Source: Patescibacteria group bacterium
GTDB taxonomy: Bacteria; Patescibacteriota; Patescibacteriia; Magasanikbacterales; GWA2-37-8
Assembly: GCA_041661385.1 (NCBI GenBank)
Contig: JBAZUP010000001.1
Location: forward strand, 209,692-273,691
Direction: 5' to 3'
Length of the DNA stretch: 64,000 nucleotides
In this document: one piece after another, positions 18,349 to 28,172 of the stretch
How the letters are laid out: each line of letters opens with the position of its first letter
Numbering within the stretch: position 1 is the first letter of the stretch
The notes under the pieces: generated by a model
Told to the model about the DNA's origin: nothing
Seen by the model: the letters and a program-made list of their open reading frames with translations, nothing else
Database searches by the model: none
Translations under genes and position numbers: made by a program

Positions 18349-19451
18349 ACCGCTTCTTTGTAAACTTCTTCAAGTCGATCCATATGACCTTGCATACTAA
18401 ATTTATCCAACACTAATTTTCTTCCTTTTTCACCCATTTTCTTTTTTTCTTCGTGCGATACGCTTATTATTTTCTTCAAAGATTTTTCCAAATCTACTTC
18501 GTTACCAGTTTCAAATACATATCCAGTTTCACCATCAATAATCTTTTCATGCATTCCCGGTAAATTACTACTGACTACCGGAGTTTCACAGGCCATCGCC
18601 TCGGTAGCTACCAATGAAAACGATTCCGAAATAGATGGAATTACGACGGCAAAGGCGGCGGCATAAAATTTTGCCATTTTTTCCGGGTCGTGGCAAGCGC
18701 CAAGCCATGTGATATTTTTTATTTTTAGATTTTCCGCCTCAGCCCTATATTCATGCTCGTGATACCCGCCGCCCACAATTGCCAAATGAGCATCATCACG
18801 ATTAAATTTATGCCAAGCTTTTAATAATTTTGATAATCCTTTGATAGGCAATAAATTACCCACGAACATAAAGATCTTTTTATTTTCGAGCCCGCCAAGA
18901 CCAAGGTCGTGCAGATTCACCGTCTGCGGTTTAAAAATTTCTGTATTAATACCATTGTGAATTACTATTGATTGATCGGGAAATATAAATTTACGTTCGG
19001 CTAAGTAATGGCGTTCATCCACCAAAATGACCCGTTTTGATTTTTGCATAATTCTTTTTGCAAATAACCGGTCATAAACATTTTTAACTAATTGACGATG
19101 TTTGAGAGTTGGCGAAGCATCCATGTGATACGTGACAACATAAGGACGGCCCGAAAGCCAAACCCATTCTGCTCCGCCATAAAAAGGATAATGCAGATGC
19201 ACCAGATCAAAATCATGAAAAGATTGTCGTAATTCTGGTACTAAACCCGCTATACCACTACGAACCAAAGGCTTCGCTCGCACCACTTTAAAAGGAAATT
19301 TTTCATCTTTATATTCATATGGAAAATATGCCAAGGTAAAAACGGTTACTTGGTGGCCGCGCTTAACCAATTCACTTGCTTCATCGTATGCGACTCGACC
19401 CATACCGCCGATATCTGGAGGCAGAGACGCAACGACGTGTGCAATTTTCAT
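18345..19451 (-). CDS. Glycosyltransferase family 4
   Basis: GGMGR, NGIN, FVGNL..IKG, ESFSLVATEAMAC. Confidence 0.9.
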   Translation of the reverse strand: MKIAHVVASLPPDIGGMGRVAYDEASELVKRGHQVTVFTLAYFPYEYKDEKFPFKVVRAKPLVRSGIAGLVPELRQSFHDFDLVHLHYPFYGGAEWVWLSGRPYVVTYHMDASPTLKHRQLVKNVYDRLFAKRIMQKSKRVILVDERHYLAERKFIFPDQSIVIHNGINTEIFKPQTVNLHDLGLGGLENKKIFMFVGNLLPIKGLSKLLKAWHKFNRDDAHLAIVGGGYHEHEYRAEAENLKIKNITWLGACHDPEKMAKFYAAAFAVVIPSISESFSLVATEAMACETPVVSSNLPGMHEKIIDGETGYVFETGNEVDLEKSLKKIISVSHEEKKKMGEKGRKLVLDKFSMQGHMDRLEEVYKEAV

Positions 19452-19512
19452 ATGATTTAACAAAATATATTCAACTAATCAATCACTTTTCATTTCAAAA
19501 AAACGCCAAGTA

Positions 19513-19833
19513 TTACTTCAGCGCCTTTTCTCTTATTACCTTCGTAATTTCACGATTTAATTTTTCTATCTTAATTACAAGTCGGAAGACGATAAAAAAC
19601 AAAACTACCAATGAAATATATACGACCACATCGGCCCCGCGTCCAACCCCGAGCATCTCTGCGACCCGCGCAGTAAGATTCGGTTGAATTACCACTACGC
19701 CCGCTAGCACCCAAAATAATATCCAAACCACAGTTTCTTTCAGTGAAAGATCTTCCGAACGATAACGCATAAATACCTTGCTAATTGCAATAAGAAAAAT
19801 TAATATTAGCAATGCTTGAATAGGCTGGTTCAT
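19513..19833 (-). CDS. DUF2304 family membrane protein
   Basis: LGVGRGAD motif, 3 TMs, next to a DPM1-like GT2. Confidence 0.8.
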   Translation of the reverse strand: MNQPIQALLILIFLIAISKVFMRYRSEDLSLKETVVWILFWVLAGVVVIQPNLTARVAEMLGVGRGADVVVYISLVVLFFIVFRLVIKIEKLNREITKVIREKALK

Positions 19834-19847
19834 TTGATTTATATAGT

Positions 19848-20516
19848 TTATTTAGTAAAACTAGCTATAATGAGGTCTAAGATAATTCTAAACCCTCCGG
19901 AGAGTCCTTGTCCATAGTTCAAATAAGTCACCTCAACCGGACTTTCTGCATAAGTTAAATTATTTTTTTTAACAATTTTTAGTATTTCAGTATTGTGCGC
20001 CATGCGATCATGAAGGAATACTACTTTGCTTAAAGCTTTTTTTGATAAAATTCTAAAACCGTTGTGTGCATCTGAAAGCGTAATGCCAGTGAATACAAAA
20101 TTTATCCATCGGGCCGCCGGTAAAATTAAATATTTTTTTTGCCAAGGAATTTTTGAACGGCTATCTAAAAATCTCGAACCAAAAACTAAGTCGACATTTT
20201 TATCCCGCATTAATTTTAACGCCGGTTCAATATCAAGCGGATTAAATTGACCATCAGCGTCAAAATGAATTACTATCTCCGCTCCGACATTTCTCGCGTA
20301 GGCATCCCCTGTTTCTAACGCCGCTCCTTGCCCGCGATTAATCTCATGTTTAATAACTTTCGCTCCAGCTTTTTCAGCCTCGAGCGCAGTATCGTCTTTA
20401 GATCCATCATCAACCACTAAAACATCTTTATAACCATGTTCAAAAAGACCGCGTATCACGCGGCCCACCCTTAATTTTTCGTTGTAAGCCGGAATAACGA
20501 CCAAAACCATAAGCAT
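19848..20516 (-). CDS. GT2, polyprenol-phosphate glycosyltransferase (DPM1-like)
   Basis: IPAYNE, VDDGSKDDT, NRGQGAAL, FDADGQ, GSRF. Confidence 0.9.
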   Translation of the reverse strand: MLMVLVVIPAYNEKLRVGRVIRGLFEHGYKDVLVVDDGSKDDTALEAEKAGAKVIKHEINRGQGAALETGDAYARNVGAEIVIHFDADGQFNPLDIEPALKLMRDKNVDLVFGSRFLDSRSKIPWQKKYLILPAARWINFVFTGITLSDAHNGFRILSKKALSKVVFLHDRMAHNTEILKIVKKNNLTYAESPVEVTYLNYGQGLSGGFRIILDLIIASFTK

Positions 20517-21556
20517 TAGTTGTTCTGCTGACTTGAACCGATACTATTAAATAACAAAGTTTCTTTACGAGCAATAATATAATCGATGGTTTTGCGCAAA
20601 CCCTCTTCTAGCCTTACAAGCGGCAACCAATCTAAATTATTTTTTGCATAGCTAATATCCGGCAAGCCTTTCTGAGTAAGAAATAGTAAAGGTTTTTCAA
20701 CCACAATCCTTGAAGGCGAATTTGTCATTTTAATTATTGCTTCGGCAACCTCGGCATAAGGAACTGCTTTTTCACCGCCTAAATTTGCAACTTTTACTTC
20801 CGGACCGGTATTTTGAAGTCGAATAATACCGTCAACGATATCACTCACATAACACAATGACGTTGAAAAAGATTTGTCACCGTAAATAACTAAATCTTTT
20901 CCTTCTAAAGCATTAATAATAAAATCTGGGATGAGCTGGTGGTCAAACAACTTCATGTGCGGACCGTAGGTAGTAAAAATACGGGCAATTTTAGTATCAA
21001 TTCCATAAACTTGTCGGCTGGTTTCTACGCAGGTTTCCGCAAATCTCTTACCTTCGTCATAACACGCGCGTTCAGAAAGCTGATTTACCACGCCTAAATC
21101 TGTTTCATTGAAAAGGTCTCCCCGACCCTGGTCATCACCATACACTACCGCGCTTGAGGTAAATAAATATTTAGCGTGATATTTAACAGCGAGATCAAGC
21201 GTATTTATCATAGCTGAAGAATTTGCCCAAAGCGACTGCATTTTTAATTTTTCAAAATCGCGCGGGCTGGTAGGACACGCTAAATGATACACCTCTTGAA
21301 TACCCTGAAATTTTACTTTGAATTTATCCAATTCATCATACTGATCAAGATTTAGAGGTTTATTTACATCACAATTGATAAATTCAAAATCCGGATATTG
21401 GAGTAAGTGATTAATGGTTGCAGGATCGGAATTAGAAAAATTATCCATGCAAATTACCTTGGCATCTTTAAGCAACCTTTCACATAAATGCGAACCGATA
21501 AAACCGGCGCCGCCGGTAACAAGTACATTCTTTTTTTCAAAAATTGGTATATCCAT
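20516..21556 (-). CDS. NAD-dependent epimerase/dehydratase, UDP-glucuronate decarboxylase-like
   Basis: TGGAGFIGSHL, YHLACPTSP, CYDEGKRFAE. Confidence 0.85.
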   Translation of the reverse strand: MDIPIFEKKNVLVTGGAGFIGSHLCERLLKDAKVICMDNFSNSDPATINHLLQYPDFEFINCDVNKPLNLDQYDELDKFKVKFQGIQEVYHLACPTSPRDFEKLKMQSLWANSSAMINTLDLAVKYHAKYLFTSSAVVYGDDQGRGDLFNETDLGVVNQLSERACYDEGKRFAETCVETSRQVYGIDTKIARIFTTYGPHMKLFDHQLIPDFIINALEGKDLVIYGDKSFSTSLCYVSDIVDGIIRLQNTGPEVKVANLGGEKAVPYAEVAEAIIKMTNSPSRIVVEKPLLFLTQKGLPDISYAKNNLDWLPLVRLEEGLRKTIDYIIARKETLLFNSIGSSQQNN

Positions 21557-21611
21557 ATAACATTAATTTGTGCCTTTATTGTAGCATTTTTTGCCAATGA
21601 TGACAATGGAG

Positions 21612-23537
21612 CTATCTAATAGTCGCTGGTAGACCGGGCGTGACAATAGTTAAGGATTCATAAAAATCTTGATCCAACAAAACATAGCGGCCTTTTTCCG
21701 GTAAAAAAGGTAAATAATAGTTTTTGTCTCCGAAATTTAAAGTTTTAATTTTCCACAATTTACTCACTGCTAAATTCAAATTTTTTGTAACAATTTTTTG
21801 ATCACTTAATCCGACCGAGGCGATATTCACTTTTCCATCTCTAATTATTAACAAAATTGCCTTATCACCAACAATTTTATAATCCAAAATTTTTGTCGAA
21901 TTTTTTATTGTTGCAACAATCTTTCCGGTCGATACTTTTTTTATGGTTATAGCACCCCGAACAAGAGTAGCAGAAAACATCTCCCCAAAATCATTCACAT
22001 CAACCATAGATTGGTCTACCACATAACGACTAACAACTTTTTTTGTCGTAGTATTATAAATTCGATAATCTGTTCTAGCGGTTTTTTTATTATATTTATA
22101 GGAAACTATATAGAATCCAGATTCAAAATATTTTATGAAAACATTCTCACTAATTAGATTCGTTTTAGAAATTTGAGTACTTCCACTAAAATCACCATTC
22201 TCTTTATAAACATCAAGAAAATAAGCATCGCGACGTTTTGCGAGAATCGCAGTTTCTTCTTTTAAGAATGCAGGATAAACAACTTGTGATATTATTTTTT
22301 CTTCTGGAATGCTTGAAACAGAAGTAGTTATATCTTTTGCAATATCATAACGGCGAAGTTCGGAATTTTTAACATACCAAAAACCACCTCGGCCGCGTTT
22401 AATTGGGCTTCCTGCTGCCATTGTTAAAGCTAAACCGGCATTAAGCCGACCACGACCAACTTGCCCAGCATGCGGCGCATTATAAATATCAATTGGGTCA
22501 GCGGTTGAAAGGATTGTATTTATAATTTCTTTAGCAGTATATTCGGGATGAACTGACTTAATGAGCGCAGCGGTTGCCGCTACTAACGGCGTAGCAAACG
22601 ACGTGCCAAACCACGGCCCACTAAACTGATTTGGATAACCGTACTGTGGCGCAAACCGCTCGGTACTATAAATATATTCGCCTGGCGCCATAATATCAAT
22701 GCACTTTCCATATTCGCTAAAATCACTTAGCCTATCCTCTGAATCCACCGACCCAACTGTTAACAGCCAATTCTCACCCTCGCCATCATAAGCATCAAAA
22801 CATCCTGGATAGGTTGGTTTTTTACTTGTATCGCCGATACTGTCAGCCGAGTCATAATTTCCCGCGGCAACGACGATTACTATTCCCTTTTTATACGCCT
22901 GCCGCATTACTTCGTAAAAACGCTGTTCAAAACTATCCCCCATAAAACTCATACTGATGATATCGGCACCGTTATTAATCGCATAATTTACTGCTTCAGT
23001 TACGCTTTTTAGAGAACCGGTGCCATTACTTCGAATTGCTCGAAGAGTCATAATACTGACTTTTTGCGAAAGACCCGTGCCGTCTAGTAAATTATTTCCT
23101 CTAGCGCCAATTAACCCACCCACGATTGTGCCGTGGCGCACCGCTTCTTTATCATCCGCCACATCAAAAACAGAAGGACGCACATTGTTATTATTTTCAA
23201 CAAAATTCCAACCATTTACGTCGTCGACGTAACCATTATTATCATCGTCTTTTCCGTTATCAGGAATCTCCCTCTGATTAACCCATAAATTATCTCGGAG
23301 ATCTTCGTGCCAAATATCCATGCCAGTATCAATAAAAGCCACCACTACCTTCTTTGAGCCCGTTGAAACATCCCAAGCGGCTTCAGCATTAATTTGCTTC
23401 ATAAAGATCGCCTGCTGATTATACTCCGGGTCATTTGGAACTAAAGCAAAAACCGGTTCAACAACAAAAATCGTCGAAATAATAAGACAGATCGAAAAGA
23501 TTGCTTTTTTGGCCAAATTATTATACAATCGCTCCAT
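21612..23537 (-). CDS. Secreted S8 (subtilisin-like) serine peptidase
   Basis: Signal peptide; triad IDTG, HGT, GTSFATP; AAGN oxyanion motif. Confidence 0.9.
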   Translation of the reverse strand: MERLYNNLAKKAIFSICLIISTIFVVEPVFALVPNDPEYNQQAIFMKQINAEAAWDVSTGSKKVVVAFIDTGMDIWHEDLRDNLWVNQREIPDNGKDDDNNGYVDDVNGWNFVENNNNVRPSVFDVADDKEAVRHGTIVGGLIGARGNNLLDGTGLSQKVSIMTLRAIRSNGTGSLKSVTEAVNYAINNGADIISMSFMGDSFEQRFYEVMRQAYKKGIVIVVAAGNYDSADSIGDTSKKPTYPGCFDAYDGEGENWLLTVGSVDSEDRLSDFSEYGKCIDIMAPGEYIYSTERFAPQYGYPNQFSGPWFGTSFATPLVAATAALIKSVHPEYTAKEIINTILSTADPIDIYNAPHAGQVGRGRLNAGLALTMAAGSPIKRGRGGFWYVKNSELRRYDIAKDITTSVSSIPEEKIISQVVYPAFLKEETAILAKRRDAYFLDVYKENGDFSGSTQISKTNLISENVFIKYFESGFYIVSYKYNKKTARTDYRIYNTTTKKVVSRYVVDQSMVDVNDFGEMFSATLVRGAITIKKVSTGKIVATIKNSTKILDYKIVGDKAILLIIRDGKVNIASVGLSDQKIVTKNLNLAVSKLWKIKTLNFGDKNYYLPFLPEKGRYVLLDQDFYESLTIVTPGLPATIR

Positions 23538-23580
23538 ATAACCTATTAATTATACCATTTATTTTGGCTACTCCCAACTT

Positions 23581-24942
23581 ATGTTCTATCGTCTAAAACA
23601 AATGATTTTGCTATTCGTTGATACCGCAATGCTTTATGTCGGGTTATACGCGGGTGTTGCTGCACGCAACCTAGAGATTCCAGGCAAAAGTCTTACCGGT
23701 CTTATTCTTCCCATATCACAATTATTTATTGCCGCTCTCATTATCATGTTTATTATCGGTTTATATGATGTTGGACGCAGTCGCAACTCTTGGAAATTTT
23801 TTCAAAAAATTCTTTTATCGGCTGGAATATGGTTTGCGGTTGCGGTGTTCTTTTTTTACGCTTATCCAAATATTACTGTTTCACCTAAAACCACTCTTTT
23901 ACTAATTACTTTTTTTGGTTTTGGTTGTGTTGCTCTATGGCGTTTTATTTATAATCATTTTTTATCAGCCAATCTATTAAAAACATCTATTGTTTTCGTC
24001 GGCTTTAATAACGAAATAAAAGAAATAATTGACGTAATTAATAAATTTCCAGAACGGGGCTATGCTGTTGCTGGCGTAGTTAGCAGTTCAACTGTTTCCG
24101 AATTAAATTCCGCCCCAAACCTAGCTTCAATAATTAAAATAAATAATGGCGCCTATCCTGGTTTAATTGTAATTTCCGAAAATACTGCCACTCCCGAAAT
24201 TCTCAAAGAACTTTACCAAGCGCTATATAGTCAAGTAAGCATGGTTAAACTGGCGGAATTTTACGAAGCTTTTTTTCGCCGCATTCCTCCATTTACTTTT
24301 TCTGAAGATTGGTTTATTACGAATCTAAAGGAACAATCCTTAAAAATTTATGATCGCTTTCGAATCATTATGGATTTGTTTTTTGCTGTTATTACCGGAT
24401 TGGTTTTTATTGTTTCATTTCCAATTATCGCCTTAATTTTAAAAATTACTTCTCCTGGTCCAATATTTTTTTCTCAAACCAGAATTGGAAGAATGGGAAA
24501 AGAATTTAAGATTTACAAATACCGTACCATGAAAGTACTGGGTGCGGGCGGCAGCGCTGAACTAAGCGGGCCACAATTTGCAACTGTAAATGATGAACGA
24601 ATTACTTTTTTTGGTAAATTTTTACGCCGCACACGGCTTGATGAGATTCCTCAGTTTTGGAATATTTTACGCGGCGAAATGGCACTGATTGGACCTCGGC
24701 CGGAGCGCCCGGAGTTTGTAAAAATTCTTACCGATCAAATGCCGTTTTATACCTTACGACACCTCGTCAAACCCGGTCTTACCGGCTGGGCACAGCTCCA
24801 GGCATCATATTTTGGCACGATTGAAGAAAATTTGGTAAAGCTAGAATACGATTTGTACTATGTAAAAAATCGCAATTTATTTTTGGATATTGCGATTATT
24901 TTACGGACTTTTAGTGTGCTATTTAGGTTCATGGGAAGATAA
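23581..24942 (+). CDS. Polyprenyl glycosylphosphotransferase (priming sugar transferase)
   Basis: 5 TMs, YKYRTM, RTRLDEIPQ, GPRPERP, KPGLTGWAQ, YDLYY. Confidence 0.92.
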   Translation: MFYRLKQMILLFVDTAMLYVGLYAGVAARNLEIPGKSLTGLILPISQLFIAALIIMFIIGLYDVGRSRNSWKFFQKILLSAGIWFAVAVFFFYAYPNITVSPKTTLLLITFFGFGCVALWRFIYNHFLSANLLKTSIVFVGFNNEIKEIIDVINKFPERGYAVAGVVSSSTVSELNSAPNLASIIKINNGAYPGLIVISENTATPEILKELYQALYSQVSMVKLAEFYEAFFRRIPPFTFSEDWFITNLKEQSLKIYDRFRIIMDLFFAVITGLVFIVSFPIIALILKITSPGPIFFSQTRIGRMGKEFKIYKYRTMKVLGAGGSAELSGPQFATVNDERITFFGKFLRRTRLDEIPQFWNILRGEMALIGPRPERPEFVKILTDQMPFYTLRHLVKPGLTGWAQLQASYFGTIEENLVKLEYDLYYVKNRNLFLDIAIILRTFSVLFRFMGR

Positions 24943-24989
24943 AATAATTGACCTACAGAATCAAGTTTAAGATTGCCAATTTACAAATT

Positions 24990-25021
24990 AAAAACCCCGA
25001 CTTTAGGTCGGAGTTTTTTAT
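24990..25021. terminator. Bidirectional terminator
   Basis: AAAAACCCCGAC-ttag-GTCGGAGTTTTTT between convergent genes. Confidence 0.7.
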
Positions 25022-25036
25022 TTAAATATTATCTAG

Positions 25037-26683
25037 CTATTTATGGTTCCCATTTTTTATTCCGAGTGCTGCTTTTATGAGACCAATAAACAGCGGGTGC
25101 GGATGGAGCGGTCTCGACTTAAACTCCGGATGAAACTGCGAACCGACAAAATATGGATGGTTCGCAAGTTCAATAATTTCGACTAAGTCTGCTTCTTTAT
25201 TTACCCCAACAATCTGCATTCCGGCTTTTTCCATTTCTTCACGATATTTATTATTAAATTCATAACGATGCCGGTGTCGCTCGCTGATATTGGTATCTTT
25301 ATATAATTTTTGAACTTTGCTACCCGCTTTTAATTCACAATCATAAGCGCCGAGCCGCATCGTACCACCGTAACGATTTTGTTTTACATTATCAGCTTGA
25401 TTCGGATTAATATGAATTACCGGATTATTTGATGCTGCATCACATTCAACCGTATGAGCATCAACATACCCAAGAACATTGCGCGCAAATTCAACAGATG
25501 CAAGCTGCATTCCGTAGCATAAACCCAAATACGGAATTTTGTGTTCGCGCACAAAACGGATTGCATTGATTATGCCTTCAATTCCGCGAGTACCGAAACC
25601 ACCAGGAACGATTACCGCATCAAATTTCTTCAATTCTTCGGTCTCTCCGGGGTTCTTTTCATACTTTTCCGCATCTACCCAAGTAAGCTCCGGCTTCGCC
25701 CCATAGAGCCAAGCAGCGTGTTTTATCGCCTCGATTACAGAAATATAGGAATCTGATAAAGTATAATTTCCGGTACCAAAATACTTGCCAATTACGGCAA
25801 TTTTGACCGGTTTTTTTGCATTTGCAATACTGTTAATAAATTTGTTCCAGCCCGGATTCTTCTTTTCACGAAAACGTAATTTTAGACGTTTTCCAATGAG
25901 GTCACTAAGATGCTGTTTTTCAAAATTTGCCGGAACGTCATAAATACTTGAAACATCCGGCGCGCTAATAACATCTTCTTCGGTCCGAAGACCGCAAAAT
26001 ACCGCCAGCTTTTCTTTACGCGGCTGATCAAGGGCGTCTGGCCCTCTCGCCACAATAAAATCCGCTTGAATTCCACTAGAATTAAGAGCGCGGGCGGCGT
26101 GCTGAGTCGGTTTAGTTTTCATTTCACCGATATGGCTAGGTACCGGCAAATAACTAACGAGCACGAATAATACATCTTCAGGTCTTTCCAATTTCAACAT
26201 GCGAGCCGCCTCGAGAAACAAAATATTTTCATATTCCCCTACCGTACCGCCTATTTCAATAACCATCACTTCGGCCTTTGTTTCTTCGACCGCTTTTTTC
26301 ATTCGAGAAATAACTTCTTGAGGAATATGAGGAACGACTTGTACGCATCTGCCTTTGTAATACATGCTGCGTTCTTTTTGAATTACACTTTCATAAACTC
26401 TACCGGTAGTCATGTAATTCAACGAAGTGATATTAGTATCAAGAAAACGTTCGTAATTTCCAATATCTTGATCAGTTTCATCTTTGTCATCAGTTACAAA
26501 TACTTCACCATGTTCGAGCGGGTTCATGGTTCCGGCATCCACATTAACATACGGATCAATTTTCATAGCGGTTACGCTCAGTCCTCGATTTTTCAGAATT
26601 CTTCCAATTGATGCAACTGCGACACCCTTGCCGACTCCCGAAATAACTCCACCAATAACGAAAATAAATTTTGTTTTTGCCAT
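25037..26683 (-). CDS. pyrG: CTP synthase
   Basis: GVGKG, KIDPYVNVDAGTMNP, KTKPTQ, GLCYGMQ, ERHRHRYE, QFHPE. Confidence 0.97.
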   Translation of the reverse strand: MAKTKFIFVIGGVISGVGKGVAVASIGRILKNRGLSVTAMKIDPYVNVDAGTMNPLEHGEVFVTDDKDETDQDIGNYERFLDTNITSLNYMTTGRVYESVIQKERSMYYKGRCVQVVPHIPQEVISRMKKAVEETKAEVMVIEIGGTVGEYENILFLEAARMLKLERPEDVLFVLVSYLPVPSHIGEMKTKPTQHAARALNSSGIQADFIVARGPDALDQPRKEKLAVFCGLRTEEDVISAPDVSSIYDVPANFEKQHLSDLIGKRLKLRFREKKNPGWNKFINSIANAKKPVKIAVIGKYFGTGNYTLSDSYISVIEAIKHAAWLYGAKPELTWVDAEKYEKNPGETEELKKFDAVIVPGGFGTRGIEGIINAIRFVREHKIPYLGLCYGMQLASVEFARNVLGYVDAHTVECDAASNNPVIHINPNQADNVKQNRYGGTMRLGAYDCELKAGSKVQKLYKDTNISERHRHRYEFNNKYREEMEKAGMQIVGVNKEADLVEIIELANHPYFVGSQFHPEFKSRPLHPHPLFIGLIKAALGIKNGNHK

Positions 26684-26701
26684 AGCCAATGAAAATCAAT
26701 A

Positions 26702-27145
26702 CTAAGAAATAGCTTGTACAATAATTTTAATTTCAGCTTCTAAACCGTGTCCAAATTTAATATTCGCCGCAAAAGTTCCGGCTTTCTTAATGGGTTTCAT
26801 CTGGATTTGATCGGGCAAGACATTATAACCTTGTTTTTTTAGAGAATCACAAATTTTTTGACTCGTTACCGCTGCATATAAAACACTTTTTTCGTTGGCT
26901 TTTTCCATAAGTTCAATTTCAAGGCCGTCTAGTTGGCCGGCGATACTCTGTTGTTCGTGTAAATCAGCTTCGGTTTTTTCCACAACTTTCTTTTTGTCTG
27001 AATTTATTTTCTGAATTGCTGCGGAAGTTGATTGAACCGCCAAATGATTGGGGAATAAAAAATTCCTAGCATACCCTTCGGCAACTTCTTTAACATCATC
27101 CATTTCTCCAAGTCCTTTAATTTTTTTTAAAAGTATTACTTTCAT
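26702..27145 (-). CDS. rplI: 50S ribosomal protein L9
   Basis: MKVILL..GLG....EVAEGYARNFLFP. Confidence 0.95.
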   Translation of the reverse strand: MKVILLKKIKGLGEMDDVKEVAEGYARNFLFPNHLAVQSTSAAIQKINSDKKKVVEKTEADLHEQQSIAGQLDGLEIELMEKANEKSVLYAAVTSQKICDSLKKQGYNVLPDQIQMKPIKKAGTFAANIKFGHGLEAEIKIIVQAIS

Positions 27146-27204
27146 AACATAATTAGAAAGGATTTCTCCTTTCCCCCTTGCTTTATTTCCTACTTTTCCG
27201 TAAT

Positions 27205-27233
27205 ATTATACAGTAATTCAAATAATTTGTAAA
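27205..27233 (-). promoter_or_regulatory. sigma70 promoter of rplI-pyrG
   Basis: TTTACA (27233-27228)-17-TATAAT (27210-27205). Confidence 0.7.
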
Positions 27234-27250
27234 AGAATAAGCTGTTTCCT

Positions 27251-28099
27251 ATGAAATCTGGACTAATTACCCTAGTCGGCCGATCCAATGTCGGTAAATC
27301 GACTCTTCTTAACACAATCATTGGTACTAAAATTTCTGCCGTCACCGACAAACCGCAAACGACCAGAAATGTTATCCACGGTGTTCTTAACCATGCGCTT
27401 GGACAAGCGGTGTTTGTCGACACTCCGGGTATTTTTCGCGAACACCACAATCACCTTTCTAGCCAACTTACTGAAAGCGTTCACGAAGCACTCAAACAAA
27501 TCGACGTAGTTATTTATGTCGCCGATCCAACCAAGCCAATGGGCCCGGAAGAACGATCCATCCTAAGCACAGTTCGCAAACTAACCATGCCTAAAATAAT
27601 GGTAATAAATAAAAGCGATCTTTCTACCAAAGAAAAAGAATTTTTGGATGATTACAAGGCGTTATCTGAAGATTTTTTAGCGACTTTTGAACTTTCAGCA
27701 ATTAAAAACCGACATATTCAACCACTTATTGAAAAAGTATTTGAATTACTTCCCGATGGAGAACCATACTACCCACCCGATCAACTGACAAATATTGATA
27801 AAAATTTCTGGATAGCGGAAATAATCCGAGAAAAAATATTTTTGGCTTTGCGCAAAGAAGTTCCTTATTCAACACATGTCGAAATTGAAAGCGTTGACGA
27901 AAAACCTGACATCACAGTAATTAAGGCAATGGTTTATACTTATGACAAAAAGTATAAAGAAATGATTATCGGCAAAGGTGGCCGGGCAATAAAAGAAATC
28001 GGCATCGCCGCGAGAAAAGAACTTGAACAGGCAGCAAATAAAAAAGTTTTTCTCGAACTTGAAGTTGAAACTGACAAGCATTGGATGGAAAGAATATAA
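27251..28099 (+). CDS. era: GTPase Era
   Basis: GRSNVGKSTL, KPQTTR, DTPG, NKSD, KH domain IIGKGG. Confidence 0.96.
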   Translation: MKSGLITLVGRSNVGKSTLLNTIIGTKISAVTDKPQTTRNVIHGVLNHALGQAVFVDTPGIFREHHNHLSSQLTESVHEALKQIDVVIYVADPTKPMGPEERSILSTVRKLTMPKIMVINKSDLSTKEKEFLDDYKALSEDFLATFELSAIKNRHIQPLIEKVFELLPDGEPYYPPDQLTNIDKNFWIAEIIREKIFLALRKEVPYSTHVEIESVDEKPDITVIKAMVYTYDKKYKEMIIGKGGRAIKEIGIAARKELEQAANKKVFLELEVETDKHWMERI

Positions 28100-28107
28100 A
28101 TTATAAA

Positions 28108-28140
28108 TAAAAAATCCGCTTATTAAGGCGGATTTTTTTA
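28108..28140. terminator. Bidirectional terminator
   Basis: AAAAAATCCGC-ttattaag-GCGGATTTTTTT. Confidence 0.75.
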
Positions 28141-28172
28141 ATTCTATTTTTTGCTGGGAGGCAGTTGTAAGA

